Position numbers and translations under genes: made by a program
The notes under the pieces: model-generated
Told to the model about the DNA's origin: nothing
What the model saw: the letters and a program-made list of their open reading frames with translations, nothing else
Databases searched by the model: none
Shown: positions 10,145-20,023 of the stretch, one piece after another
Layout: each line of letters opens with the position of its first letter
Position numbering within the stretch: the first letter of the stretch is position 1
Assembly: GCA_051003415.1 (NCBI GenBank)
Contig: JBPCLI010000015.1
Span: 4,135 to 68,134, forward strand
Direction: 5' to 3'
DNA: 64,000 nt
From: Chthoniobacterales bacterium
GTDB lineage: Bacteria; Verrucomicrobiota; Verrucomicrobiia; Chthoniobacterales; UBA10450

Positions 10145-10422
10145 AATTAATTCCTCTTCGTGTTGTTTCACGAAACGCGATTTGCTCGAAAAGTCGAGTC
10201 CTTGGTGAATGCGAAAACGCCGGTCAAACTCTGCCTCGTTCTCTTTCGGAAATATGACCAAGAAGTTACGTTTCCTCCCCGAGGCTGGTCCCTCCTTGCC
10301 AGTAGTGCCTGCTCATAGTTAGCAGTATCTCCCTAAACAAAACGAGCGCTGCGCTGCGTCACAGGTTTTATCTCTGCCTAACGAGGAAGTGAGGATCGGC
10401 GCCCAAGACTCAGCTTAACTTT

Positions 10423-11814
10423 ATGAAAATTGACGTCCTTATCATTGGCGGCGGCCCTGGTGGTTCAGCCGCAGCCATGTTCCTGCTCCGCGAAGGCATT
10501 ATCCCCGTCATCCTTGAACAGGAAGAATTTCCGCGATTCCACATTGGCGAATCGTTGACCGGTGAAGCGGCGCAGGTGCTGCGACGGCTCGGGCTGGCGG
10601 AAAAGATGGACGCGATGGATAACCCGGTGAAGCACGGCGTGCGTGTTTATGGCACGAATGCGACCAACAGTTGGTACGTCAAAGTTTCGTCCCGCGACCA
10701 GAACTGGAAACTTTCCGATTCCACCACCTGGCAAGTACGCCGGAGCGAATTCGACGCCATGATGTTGAAGGAAGCCGAAGAGCGCGGCGCAAAAATCATC
10801 CGCGGCACCGCGATCAAGGCGCTCCTAAAGGTCGACGGATCGTTGCGCGGAATCCTGATGCGCCGGCCGGATGGGATGGAGGAAGAGATCGAGACCAAAG
10901 TGGTGCTCGATTGCTCGGGCCAGGCCACTTTCCTCGCCAACCAAAAAGTCACCGGCCCAAAATACATGGGCAGCTACGACAAGCAGGTCGCCTTCTTTTC
11001 TCATGTCCGCGGCGCCCTGCGCGATAGCGGCACCGTGGGCGAAACGGCGCGCGACAACACCCTCATTCTTTACGCCCGGAAATTTCACTGGGCGTGGTTC
11101 ATCCCGATCGACAAGGACGTGGTGAGCGTGGGGATGGTGACGCCGCGGGCCAACTTCATGGAAAAGAAACAAACGCCGGAGGAGTATTACCGGCGCGAGC
11201 TTTTCGAGATCAACCCCGAGCTGCCGCGCCGAATCTCAAAACTCGATCTGGCCGAGAAAGTCCACGTCATTCCGAACTACTCCTACCAGGTGCGCGGCTT
11301 CTGCGGGAAAGGCTTCATCTGCATCGGCGATTCGCATCGCTTCATCGATCCTATTTTTTCCTTCGGCCTCACCGTCACCATGCGCGAGGGGGAATTCGCC
11401 GCGCCGATCGTTAGGCAATATCTGGAAGGCAAATTGGACGACAAGGAGAACCCCTTCGCCGAACACCAGATGGCGTGCGAGAAGGGCATCGATAACCTGG
11501 AAGACATGATCGACCTCTTCTGGGAGCAACCGTTTGCCTTCTCCACCTTCGTCCATTTCCGCTACACCGAACAAATGACCGACGCCTTCGCCGGCCGGAT
11601 CTACGAGCACGAGCATCAGCCTTCGACCTCGATCCTGTCGTTCCGGAAGCTGCTCAAGCGGACGCGCGAATATGACGCGGATGATTATTCCATTCCGATC
11701 GGCTCGCGCTACCACGCGGAGCGGGCGCCGCTCTGGGAACCAGATTCACCCGTCCCTGGCACCGAGGAATGGATCCAGCGGGGCCGGGGGCAGGAAAAGT
11801 TGGTCGGAATCTAG
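10423..11814 (+). CDS. Flavin-dependent halogenase-like FAD oxidoreductase (paralog of 40146..41444)
   Basis: GGGPGGS dinucleotide fold, FPRFHIGESL, and WAWFIP, which matches the WxWxIP box of flavin-dependent halogenases. Confidence 0.75.
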   Translation: MKIDVLIIGGGPGGSAAAMFLLREGIIPVILEQEEFPRFHIGESLTGEAAQVLRRLGLAEKMDAMDNPVKHGVRVYGTNATNSWYVKVSSRDQNWKLSDSTTWQVRRSEFDAMMLKEAEERGAKIIRGTAIKALLKVDGSLRGILMRRPDGMEEEIETKVVLDCSGQATFLANQKVTGPKYMGSYDKQVAFFSHVRGALRDSGTVGETARDNTLILYARKFHWAWFIPIDKDVVSVGMVTPRANFMEKKQTPEEYYRRELFEINPELPRRISKLDLAEKVHVIPNYSYQVRGFCGKGFICIGDSHRFIDPIFSFGLTVTMREGEFAAPIVRQYLEGKLDDKENPFAEHQMACEKGIDNLEDMIDLFWEQPFAFSTFVHFRYTEQMTDAFAGRIYEHEHQPSTSILSFRKLLKRTREYDADDYSIPIGSRYHAERAPLWEPDSPVPGTEEWIQRGRGQEKLVGI

Positions 11815-11914
11815 GCGAACGCCAGGCAAACCCATCGGGTTCCGGACGGCATCGACCTGCGATCAGAATTCGTTTCTGCTCGCCAAGCGGGAAAGGTGGA
11901 TTTAGATAAGCGCC

Positions 11915-12886
11915 ATGCCCGCGCGTTCCAACAAGCAGCCCGTCACAGTGGTCACCGGCGGCGCCGGCTTCCTCGGATCTCATTTGACCGATCGGCTGCT
12001 GGCGGAAGGACATCGCGTGATCGGGATCGATAACCTGATCACGGGCCACCTGACGAACATCGAGCACCTCGCGGGGAACGAGAATTACCGCTTCATCAAA
12101 CAGGATGTGACTCAGTACATCTTCCTCCCGGATGAAATCGATTACGTTTTCCATTTCGCCTCACCGGCCAGCCCGATCGATTACCTCGAGCTTCCCATTC
12201 CGACCTTGAAGGTCGGCGCGCTCGGGACGCACAACACCCTCGGCCTGGCGAAGGCCAAGAAGGCCACCTTCCTTCTTGCCTCCACCTCGGAATGTTACGG
12301 CGATCCGCTCGTCCATCCGCAAAAGGAAGATTACTGGGGCAACGTCAACCCAATCGGGCCGCGCGGGGTTTACGACGAAGCAAAGCGTTTCGCCGAGGCG
12401 ATCACGATGGCCTACCACCGCTATCACGGCATCGACACCAAGATCGTCCGCATCTTCAACACCTACGGCCCGCGGATGCGTTTGCGCGACGGGCGGGTCG
12501 TGCCGGCCTTTATCGGTCAGGCCTTGGCAGGCACGCCCCTAACGATCTTCGGCGACGGTTCTCAGACGCGCTCGTTTTGTTACGTCTCCGATTTGATCGA
12601 GGGAATTTTCCGCCTCTCGCAATCGGATTTCCATGAGCCAGTCAACATCGGCAACCCGCGGGAGATGACGATCAAACAATTTGCCGAGGAAATCATTCGC
12701 ATCACCGGGACGGAATCGGGGATCGAATACAAGCCGCTGCCGGTGGACGATCCGAAGGTGCGCCAGCCCGATATTGGACGGGCGAAAAAGATTCTCGATT
12801 GGGAACCGAAGGTGGAATTTGAAGAGGGAATTGTGCGGACGATCGATTATTTCCGGCAGTGGCTAGAACGAGCCGCTCAGCGCTGA
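11915..12886 (+). CDS. UDP-glucuronate decarboxylase (UDP-xylose synthase), extended SDR
   Basis: [27 protein letters not shown] catalytic YxxxK. Length and sequence are typical of UXS. Confidence 0.9.
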   Translation: MPARSNKQPVTVVTGGAGFLGSHLTDRLLAEGHRVIGIDNLITGHLTNIEHLAGNENYRFIKQDVTQYIFLPDEIDYVFHFASPASPIDYLELPIPTLKVGALGTHNTLGLAKAKKATFLLASTSECYGDPLVHPQKEDYWGNVNPIGPRGVYDEAKRFAEAITMAYHRYHGIDTKIVRIFNTYGPRMRLRDGRVVPAFIGQALAGTPLTIFGDGSQTRSFCYVSDLIEGIFRLSQSDFHEPVNIGNPREMTIKQFAEEIIRITGTESGIEYKPLPVDDPKVRQPDIGRAKKILDWEPKVEFEEGIVRTIDYFRQWLERAAQR

Positions 12887-13038
12887 ATCATTTCTTCGAC
12901 AGGATCTACCGGCTTCCAGGACAAAGGGGAAAGAGGCGGGAACCCTGGCCGAACGAAGCCCGTTCTCGATCGCGGCAATCCGTTCCTATTTGCAAATTGC
13001 TCGCTTTCCCGCGGCCGATCATTTCAAATGCCAACTCC

Positions 13039-13608
13039 ATGCATCGAAAAATAGCCCTGACGATTATGCTCGCGGCCTTCGCCGGCGCGGCTTCCGCGCA
13101 GACCCGTGCGACGGATTTTCAGATGACGAAAATCACCCGCAACCTCATCGCCTCGCCGGAATTCAACTACAGCGGCGCGGAAACTTTCCGCACCAACACA
13201 CGCGATCGCTGGCTCGAAGTAGAGGTGGAATTCACCTCCGCGCTGGAATTCACCGACGAACTGACCTTCAAATATTTCATCCTCGTGAATGGCAAGCTGC
13301 TCACGGGTGAAGTGACGCACGTGAACATTCTGGGCGGAAAGGAGCTGCACTCCGTCATTTACGTCCCCCCGCGCGCCCTCGCCCACATCATGGGGAATCG
13401 CCCCGTGACCGTCAACGCAATCGAAAACGTCGCGGTCCAGTTGCTTCAGCAGGGCACGATCAAGGATGAGCAAAACCTGACGCGAGCCCGGGCACAATGG
13501 TACACCGGCCTCACCGCCGTCCCCGGCCTTACTCTGAACAAGAACGAAACGCCGTTCGCGCCGCTCTATTGGGACCGCTACGAGCAGATTAAGCCGGCCG
13601 GCCGTTAG
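13039..13608 (+). CDS. Secreted protein at the head of the pilus-like cluster (Amuc_1102-position)
   Basis: ATG at 13039 gives the signal peptide MHRKIALTIMLAAFAGAASAQ. High GC3. It lies immediately upstream of the pilM-like gene. Confidence 0.5.
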   Translation: MHRKIALTIMLAAFAGAASAQTRATDFQMTKITRNLIASPEFNYSGAETFRTNTRDRWLEVEVEFTSALEFTDELTFKYFILVNGKLLTGEVTHVNILGGKELHSVIYVPPRALAHIMGNRPVTVNAIENVAVQLLQQGTIKDEQNLTRARAQWYTGLTAVPGLTLNKNETPFAPLYWDRYEQIKPAGR

Positions 13609-13618
13609 TCCGCGATCC

Positions 13619-15358
13619 ATGCCGGCCGCTCCTCGCATCGTAAGCCTCAACCTCGGCTCCCAATCGTTAGGCCTGGCGGAGTTTCAGAACCTGCCTAACG
13701 GCGGCCTTGTCCTGACCAGCTACCGCCTGCGCGAGATTCCGGCCGATCCTTCCGCGGAAACGGATCGCAACCGGCAGGTCAGCGAGGCTCTGCCCGCCAT
13801 GATGCGCGAACTCGGGATCAAGCGTGGCCCGGTAGATTACGCGGTCTCCGGGCAGTCCGTTTTCGCGCGCTTCGTGAAATTGCCGTCGGTCGATCCGGAT
13901 AAAATCGACCGCATCATCACCTTCGAGGCCCAGCAAAATGTCCCTTGCCCGATCGAGGAAGTAGTCTGGGATTACCAACTCGTCGGGAGCGGCGATGCGG
14001 AGAAAATCGAAGTCGTGCTGGTCGCGATCAAGGCTGATCTCCTTGAAGGGCTCAACGCCGCCGTCGAGTCGACCGGTTTGCAAACCACGCGCGTCGACGT
14101 CGCGACGATGGCGCTCTACAACGCGTTTCGTTTTAACTACAGCGAGCTGACCGGGTCTTCGCTCCTGATCGACATCGGCGCCCGCACGACCAACCTTCTT
14201 TTCATCGAGCCTGGCAGAGTTTTCAGCCGCAGCATCCCGATCGGCGGAGGCTCGATCACCTCCGCAATCGCGAAGGAATTCAACGAGCCGTTCACGGCGG
14301 CCGAGCTGCGCAAGAAGCAGGACGGGTTCGTTAGTCTGGGCGGCGCCTACGAGGAGCCTTCCGACCCGGAAATAGCGCGCGTCTCAAAGCTCGTCCGCAA
14401 CACCATGACGCGCCTGCACGCGGAAGTGACACGCTCGATCAGTTTTTATCGCACGCAGCAGCAGGGCCAACAGCCGCAGCGCGTCTTTCTATGCGGCGGG
14501 GCGGTCAGCACACCCTATATGCGCGAGTTTTTCCATGAGAAACTCCGGTGGCCGATCGAGTTTTTCAATCCGCTCCGCAACGTCACCGTCGGCGAATCGG
14601 TCCCGATCGAGCAGGTCGCGCACAACGCCCACTTGTTAGGTGAACTCGTCGGGCTGGCACTCCGCAGTACCATGACGTGCCCGATGGAGTTGAACCTGCG
14701 CCCGGCCAACGTGGTGCGCCGGCAGCGCCTCGCCCGACGCCGTCCGTTTTTCGTTTTGGCCGGTGCCTGTTTCATCCTCGGCCTGCTCGGCTGGGGCTTT
14801 TATTTTCTCCGGGTGGCACAGGTCCAAGCCCGGGTCGCGGATAACCTCCAGGTCGAGGTCGACCGGATGCGCGGCGCGGAAAACCCGATCGCCAGTCTGC
14901 GCAAGGAAACGGCCAATCTCGACGCGATCGCGACGCCTTTGCTAAGCGCGATCAGCGACCGAGGCGTCTGGCTCCGAATTCTCGACGACCTGAACGCCCG
15001 GCTCCCGAAGGAGAATATCTGGATCACCGAGCTGGCGCCTACTTCCGGTGGACGAATCATCGGCGAAACGGCGCCGGGGACGTCGCCACCCGCCCCGATG
15101 CCCGCGCGCGGAGCCGCCGGCGGCGGGAAAACAGTCCCGATGATCGATGGCGTTTTCGTTAGGGGGCTTTATCTCTCCAATCCGAAGGAGCAGGAAATCG
15201 TGGTCGACTATTTCCGCAATCTGCTCGACTCCTCCATTTTCGAGGTCGATCCGAATGGGCAATCGGAAGTGATCAGGCCGAGCACGCCGACAAGCACGGA
15301 ATGGGCGTATCCCTACGAGTTGCGCTTGAAACTGCGTCAGCCTTTTGCCCTGCCATGA
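13619..15358 (+). CDS. pilM: Type IV pilus assembly protein PilM fused to a PilN-like membrane segment
   Basis: N-terminal actin/FtsA-like ATPase fold (SLNLGSQSLGLAEF, LIDIGARTTNLLF), followed by a TM segment (FFVLAGACFILGLLGWGFYFL) and a coiled-coil/periplasmic part. Confidence 0.8.
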   Translation: MPAAPRIVSLNLGSQSLGLAEFQNLPNGGLVLTSYRLREIPADPSAETDRNRQVSEALPAMMRELGIKRGPVDYAVSGQSVFARFVKLPSVDPDKIDRIITFEAQQNVPCPIEEVVWDYQLVGSGDAEKIEVVLVAIKADLLEGLNAAVESTGLQTTRVDVATMALYNAFRFNYSELTGSSLLIDIGARTTNLLFIEPGRVFSRSIPIGGGSITSAIAKEFNEPFTAAELRKKQDGFVSLGGAYEEPSDPEIARVSKLVRNTMTRLHAEVTRSISFYRTQQQGQQPQRVFLCGGAVSTPYMREFFHEKLRWPIEFFNPLRNVTVGESVPIEQVAHNAHLLGELVGLALRSTMTCPMELNLRPANVVRRQRLARRRPFFVLAGACFILGLLGWGFYFLRVAQVQARVADNLQVEVDRMRGAENPIASLRKETANLDAIATPLLSAISDRGVWLRILDDLNARLPKENIWITELAPTSGGRIIGETAPGTSPPAPMPARGAAGGGKTVPMIDGVFVRGLYLSNPKEQEIVVDYFRNLLDSSIFEVDPNGQSEVIRPSTPTSTEWAYPYELRLKLRQPFALP

Positions 15359-16284
15359 ACTGGTTTCGTCAGAACCGCTTCCTCGGTATCTTCCTCGTTA
15401 CGCTCGTCCTTGCGACCGGCCTGAGCGTTTATTTTTTACTCTACGAGAAAGACGCGGCCGAGGAAACCGGAGCCCGGCTCGACACGACTGTGACCGAGCT
15501 CAATCGGCTGCGCGGGAGCGCGCCGTTTCCGAACGCCGAAAACCTGCGCAAGACAAAGACGCAGACCGACAACTATCGCAACTCGCTCCTCGCCCTCGAG
15601 ATGGAGTTAAAAAACCGGATGTTTCCGAAGCCGCCGCTCCAGCCTAACGAATTCCAGGCGCTCCTCCGGCAGTCCACCACCGCCGTGGCCGATCGGGCGC
15701 GTGCGAGCAAGGTGCAGTTGCCGGAAAATTTCAATCTTGGCTTCGATGAGTACGCGACCTCGCTCCCGAACAGCCTCGCCGCCCCGCGTCTTGCCCGGCA
15801 GCTGCACGCGATCGAGTGGATTGCCGACACCGTCATCGACTCGCATGTCGATGCCCTCCTCAGCCTGAGCCGCAGCGCGCTTCCGGAAGAGAAAGCGGCT
15901 CCGAGCCCCACCCCGGCAGCTGGCCGCACTACGCGAAAGCCGAAAACGGTGGAACCTAATGCCACGATCGTCGACTCAACCTCGGTCGATGTCAGCTTCG
16001 CCGGCAGCCCGGCCGCGGCGCGGCGGGTCTTCAACCAGATCGCCGCGGCCAAGGAGCAAACTTACATCATCCGTACCTTACACGTGCACAACCAGGCCGA
16101 CAAAGGACCGAAACGCAGCGGTGCAGGAGACGCGCCGTCGGCTCCCACTCCGGCGCCCCGGCCCGGCGGCGCGGCCAAATCGGGAGAAGCCGGCATCAGC
16201 TTTATCGTCGGGACCGAACACGTGAACGTCGCGGCCCGGATCGAGATTCTGCGCTTCGACATTCCGGAAAAGGAGGCTCGTTAG
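15355..16284 (+). CDS. Membrane-anchored pilus-associated protein, Amuc_1100-like (PilO position)
   Basis: ATGA overlap with the pilM/N stop. N-terminal TM anchor, coiled coil, Ala/Pro-rich linker and a C-terminal beta-rich module. Size (~309 aa) and locus position match my recollection of Akkermansia Amuc_1100; this has not been alignment-verified. Confidence 0.55.
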   Translation: MNWFRQNRFLGIFLVTLVLATGLSVYFLLYEKDAAEETGARLDTTVTELNRLRGSAPFPNAENLRKTKTQTDNYRNSLLALEMELKNRMFPKPPLQPNEFQALLRQSTTAVADRARASKVQLPENFNLGFDEYATSLPNSLAAPRLARQLHAIEWIADTVIDSHVDALLSLSRSALPEEKAAPSPTPAAGRTTRKPKTVEPNATIVDSTSVDVSFAGSPAAARRVFNQIAAAKEQTYIIRTLHVHNQADKGPKRSGAGDAPSAPTPAPRPGGAAKSGEAGISFIVGTEHVNVAARIEILRFDIPEKEAR

Positions 16285-16287
16285 GCG

Positions 16288-17232
16288 ATGGACTGGCTTC
16301 GGGCGAATTACGACCGCGCGGCCGTGCTCGCCGCCTCTCTCTTTCTCGTCCTCTGCGCGATCTTTATCTTTCTCAACGCCTCTGGGTTCAGCGAAAAATT
16401 CAGCGCCCTGCAGAACGTCCCGACGCCGAATAACAAGATCCCGGCCGGGAAGGCACCCGAGATCGTCGAGGCGATGGAGAAATTGAGGGCGCCGTCGCAG
16501 TGGACCTCGAGCGGACGCTCCGGGCTTTTCGTGCCGGAAAAACATTTCATCGGGGCCGATGGCCAGCCCGCCACTTTGCAAAACACGCTCCTTCATCCGC
16601 CCGTGCCTAACGAATGGCTGGAGGAATTCGGTCTTCCCATTACCGAGGTCGACGTCCTGACCCAGGATGCGGATGGCGACGGCTTCACCAACCTCGACGA
16701 ATGGGAAGGCCACACCAACCCGATCGAAAAGAAATCGCACCCGCCTTACACCTTTAAGCTCAAGCTTCGCTCCTTCGCTCAGGAGGCATTCCCGCTCATT
16801 TTCTCCTCGTCGGTCGCGGAGACCTACGCGATCAACAACGTCAATCCGACAAAGCCGACGCAATTCCTGCACATCGGCGAGATTGTGGCCGGGACGAAAT
16901 ACAAGCTGACCGGCTACACCGAAAAATTCGATACTGATAAATACGGCACGACCATCGACGTCTCGGAACTGACCCTCGAGCAGGTCGACACCCATGATCA
17001 GGTCACGCTCGTGAAGGAAAAACGAGCCACCTCACCGGAGTCGGTCGCGAACTTCCTCTATTCCTGGAACGGCGCGGAGGAGACCTTCTCGGTGAAGAAA
17101 GATCAGGAGTTCTCGCTCAAGCCCCTGGCGGATATCACCTACAAGCTGCTCGACGTCCAACCGGATAAGGCGATTGTCATCGACACGCAGAAGCCTAACG
17201 ACAAGATCGAGATTGGTCCGACCAAGCCCTGA
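16288..17232 (+). CDS. Membrane-anchored pilus-cluster protein (PilP / Amuc_1099 position) with a Ca-binding-type DxDxDG motif
   Basis: N-terminal TM segment (AAVLAASLFLVLCAIFIFL). DADGDGFTNLDEWEGHTNP resembles thrombospondin-type-3 / DxDxDG calcium loops. Confidence 0.5.
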   Translation: MDWLRANYDRAAVLAASLFLVLCAIFIFLNASGFSEKFSALQNVPTPNNKIPAGKAPEIVEAMEKLRAPSQWTSSGRSGLFVPEKHFIGADGQPATLQNTLLHPPVPNEWLEEFGLPITEVDVLTQDADGDGFTNLDEWEGHTNPIEKKSHPPYTFKLKLRSFAQEAFPLIFSSSVAETYAINNVNPTKPTQFLHIGEIVAGTKYKLTGYTEKFDTDKYGTTIDVSELTLEQVDTHDQVTLVKEKRATSPESVANFLYSWNGAEETFSVKKDQEFSLKPLADITYKLLDVQPDKAIVIDTQKPNDKIEIGPTKP

Positions 17233-17369
17233 GCGGCCAGCGTGCTCCGGCGGGTCGACACGGATCGGGCTGCCGGGCGTGGCGGACACGCCACATATTC
17301 GAGACGATTTTTGGCTGCGTTATTTCCTTGCCGGGCTCACCGCACCCAGTTACAACGCGACCACTGCTC

Positions 17370-19946
17370 ATGAATCCCTTATCTCACCGCGCTCGAATTC
17401 TCCTCATTATTTCTCTGCTGGCCGTCCCTGGCTGGCTGGCCAGCGCGCAGAGCGTGCGGAGCATCGCCGAGCACGAAGTCTCGCGGCGCCAGAATGCTGT
17501 CCTCCAGGGACAGGCCGCGCTCGCCCGCGGTCGGATCGCACTCGAGACGAAGGATTTCGCCAAGGCGCACGATGAATACCGCGCCGCCGTCACCTTCCTT
17601 CCTGACGCTCTCACCACCGCCGCCGATCACGACGCAGCGGTTGCCGGTTTTTGCGAGAGCGGCGTGAAACTGGCCGAGCAGCGCATCGCCGAGGGCAAAT
17701 ACGGCGAAGCCGAGGTCATCGTGCGGGAGGCCGTCAGTGATCGTTATGGGCCGAATTGCCGTGAGGCTCTCGATCTCCTCGCTCATCTTTCCGAGCCCGG
17801 TTATTTCAACAAGACGATGGGTCCCAAGTTCATCGCCAAGGTCGAGGACGTGAAGAAACTCTTGAGCGACGCCGACGAGTATTACAGCTCCGGCCGCTAC
17901 GATCTCGCCTTCAAGAAATACGAGCAGGTGCTCAACCTCGATCCCTATAACGTGGCCGCGCGCCGCGGTGAAGAGCGGATCGACAATACGAAAACCCACT
18001 ACGGCGAGCAGGCTTACAACGAGACCCGTTCCCGTTCCCTCTGGCAGGTGCAGAAAGGCTGGGAAGAACCGGTCCGCCAATACGGGGAGTCGGTCGGCCC
18101 GATCAGCGATGCGTTCGCGCGGGACGCCGGCGGGACGGCGCGGATCACAAACAAGCTCAACAGCATTATCATTCCGAAGATTGAATTCCGCGACGCCAGC
18201 ATCCGGGAGGCGATCGATTTTCTCCGTCAGCAGGCCGCGGCCAACGATCCTTCAAGCGAGGGAAAACGCGGAGTCGACATTGTTTTGCGGACGACGGCAT
18301 TAGGCCGGGCCGAGGCGCCCACTCCCCCGCCGTTCCGGGAAACCGCGCCGCCCCTACCGGGTGCCTCGCCGGAAGCCGCTCCCGCCGGGATCGAACCCAC
18401 CCCTGTGCCGTTGCCGGCCACTCCCTCGATTGCGCCGAGTGACTCGCGGATCACGATTACGCTCAACCAAATTCCGTTAGGCGAAGCGCTCCGCTATATC
18501 GCCAGCCAGGCGGGCTTGAAAGTGAAAGTCGAGCCCTACGCCGTCTCCGTCATCCCGATCAACGAACAAAGCAGCGACCTCTTCACGAAGGAATATCGGG
18601 TCCCGCCGGGCTTCATCAGCAGCACGGTCACCATTAACGCGACGAAACTGGATCAGGGACCAACTCGCGTCGGGTCGGTCGGCACTGCCAAAGACACACA
18701 GGAAACAACCGGTGGTCAGCTACTAGTTAATCGCCAGACCGCGCTCGACTTTCTGAAGGACCAGGGCGTACCCTTTCCCGCTGGAACGAGCGCTAACTTC
18801 CTTCCGCAAAGCAGCCGCCTGATCGTGAGGAACACGGAGGAAAATCTCGAATTGGTCGACGCGCTTGTTGAGCAGGCTAATGTCGGCGGACCGAAGCAAG
18901 TCGAGATCGAAGCCAAATTTGTTGAGATCACGCAAAATAATCTCAAGGAACTAGGTTTTGACTGGTTGTTAGGCCCATTCGACGCCGGCGCAAATGGCAG
19001 AGTGGTCGCCAACGGCGGCACCTCTGGCACTGCTCCCGGGGTAAATCCCCTTGATTTTCCCGGTTCAATAACAGGCTTGAATCCGGTCACATCGGGCAAT
19101 CGCAGCGGCAATCTCGCGATTAGCGCCAACGCACTCGATGCGCTCCTCTTCGGGATGCCGGGAGCTAGTTCGCTCGCTCCGGGAATCTTCGGACTAAGCG
19201 GTGTTATGACCAGCCCGCAATTTCAGGCCGTCGTTAGGGCGCTCAATCAAAAGAAGGGCGTGGATCTTTTGTCGTCGCCGCGAATTACGACGAAAAGCGG
19301 CCAGCGCGCCGTCATCGAAATCGTTCGAGAGTTTCGTTATCCGACCCAATTTGATCCGCCGAAGGTTCCCCAGGGCAGTGCGAATGGGGGCGCAACTGCC
19401 AATGTCGTTACGCCGACCACGCCGACAGGATTCGAAACGCGCAACACTGGAGTAACACTTGAAGTCGAGCCCGTGGTGGGCCCTGACGGCGTGACCATCG
19501 ATTTGAATCTTGTCCCGCAGGTGGTCGAATTTGAAGGCTTTATCAATTACGGAAGTCCAATTTTCGCTCCATCGAGCAACCCAATAACGCCGCCCTCCTT
19601 GCTTACGCCAAACGTCATTAACCAACCAATCTTTAACACCCGGAAAGTCACTACGAGCGTAAGCGTGTGGGACGGCCAGACGGTCGTGCTCGGCGGCCTC
19701 ATGCGCGAGGACGTGCAGAAGACGGAGGATCGCACTCCGATCATCGGCGATATTCCTATTGTCGGGCGGCTCTTCCGAACCAATGTCGACCAACACATCA
19801 AGCGCAACCTGGTCATCTTCGTGACCGCGCGCTTGGTGAACCCGGCTGGTCAGCCGATCAATTCGACGGAAGAGGAAGAGGAGACTGAAACGGTCAGCCA
19901 AATCGAGCAGCCCGTTCTGCCGCAGGTTCCTTATTACAAAAAGTAG
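17370..19946 (+). CDS. pilQ: Secretin (PilQ/GspD family) with long N-terminal TPR-like and Pro-rich regions
   Basis: Signal peptide from the ATG at 17370. C-terminal secretin domain: VVLGGLMREDVQKTEDRTPIIGDIPIVGRLFRTN ... LVIFVTARLV. Confidence 0.85.
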   Translation: MNPLSHRARILLIISLLAVPGWLASAQSVRSIAEHEVSRRQNAVLQGQAALARGRIALETKDFAKAHDEYRAAVTFLPDALTTAADHDAAVAGFCESGVKLAEQRIAEGKYGEAEVIVREAVSDRYGPNCREALDLLAHLSEPGYFNKTMGPKFIAKVEDVKKLLSDADEYYSSGRYDLAFKKYEQVLNLDPYNVAARRGEERIDNTKTHYGEQAYNETRSRSLWQVQKGWEEPVRQYGESVGPISDAFARDAGGTARITNKLNSIIIPKIEFRDASIREAIDFLRQQAAANDPSSEGKRGVDIVLRTTALGRAEAPTPPPFRETAPPLPGASPEAAPAGIEPTPVPLPATPSIAPSDSRITITLNQIPLGEALRYIASQAGLKVKVEPYAVSVIPINEQSSDLFTKEYRVPPGFISSTVTINATKLDQGPTRVGSVGTAKDTQETTGGQLLVNRQTALDFLKDQGVPFPAGTSANFLPQSSRLIVRNTEENLELVDALVEQANVGGPKQVEIEAKFVEITQNNLKELGFDWLLGPFDAGANGRVVANGGTSGTAPGVNPLDFPGSITGLNPVTSGNRSGNLAISANALDALLFGMPGASSLAPGIFGLSGVMTSPQFQAVVRALNQKKGVDLLSSPRITTKSGQRAVIEIVREFRYPTQFDPPKVPQGSANGGATANVVTPTTPTGFETRNTGVTLEVEPVVGPDGVTIDLNLVPQVVEFEGFINYGSPIFAPSSNPITPPSLLTPNVINQPIFNTRKVTTSVSVWDGQTVVLGGLMREDVQKTEDRTPIIGDIPIVGRLFRTNVDQHIKRNLVIFVTARLVNPAGQPINSTEEEEETETVSQIEQPVLPQVPYYKK

Positions 19947-20023
19947 CGTGGTTTGCAGAGCCGCGCCGGCGGCGGTTTGCGAGCGGTTTGACTTTGTTGG
20001 GCCGGCTCCTACCCTTCGATATC

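Noticed and set aside
19947-20023. Weak hairpins after pilQ (GCCGC-GCCG-GCGGC) and after 20767 (GC-rich palindromes followed by a T-rich tract at 20860-20880) as terminators
   Set aside because: The stems are short or ambiguous and T-tracts are poor or distant. They are not strong enough to annotate.
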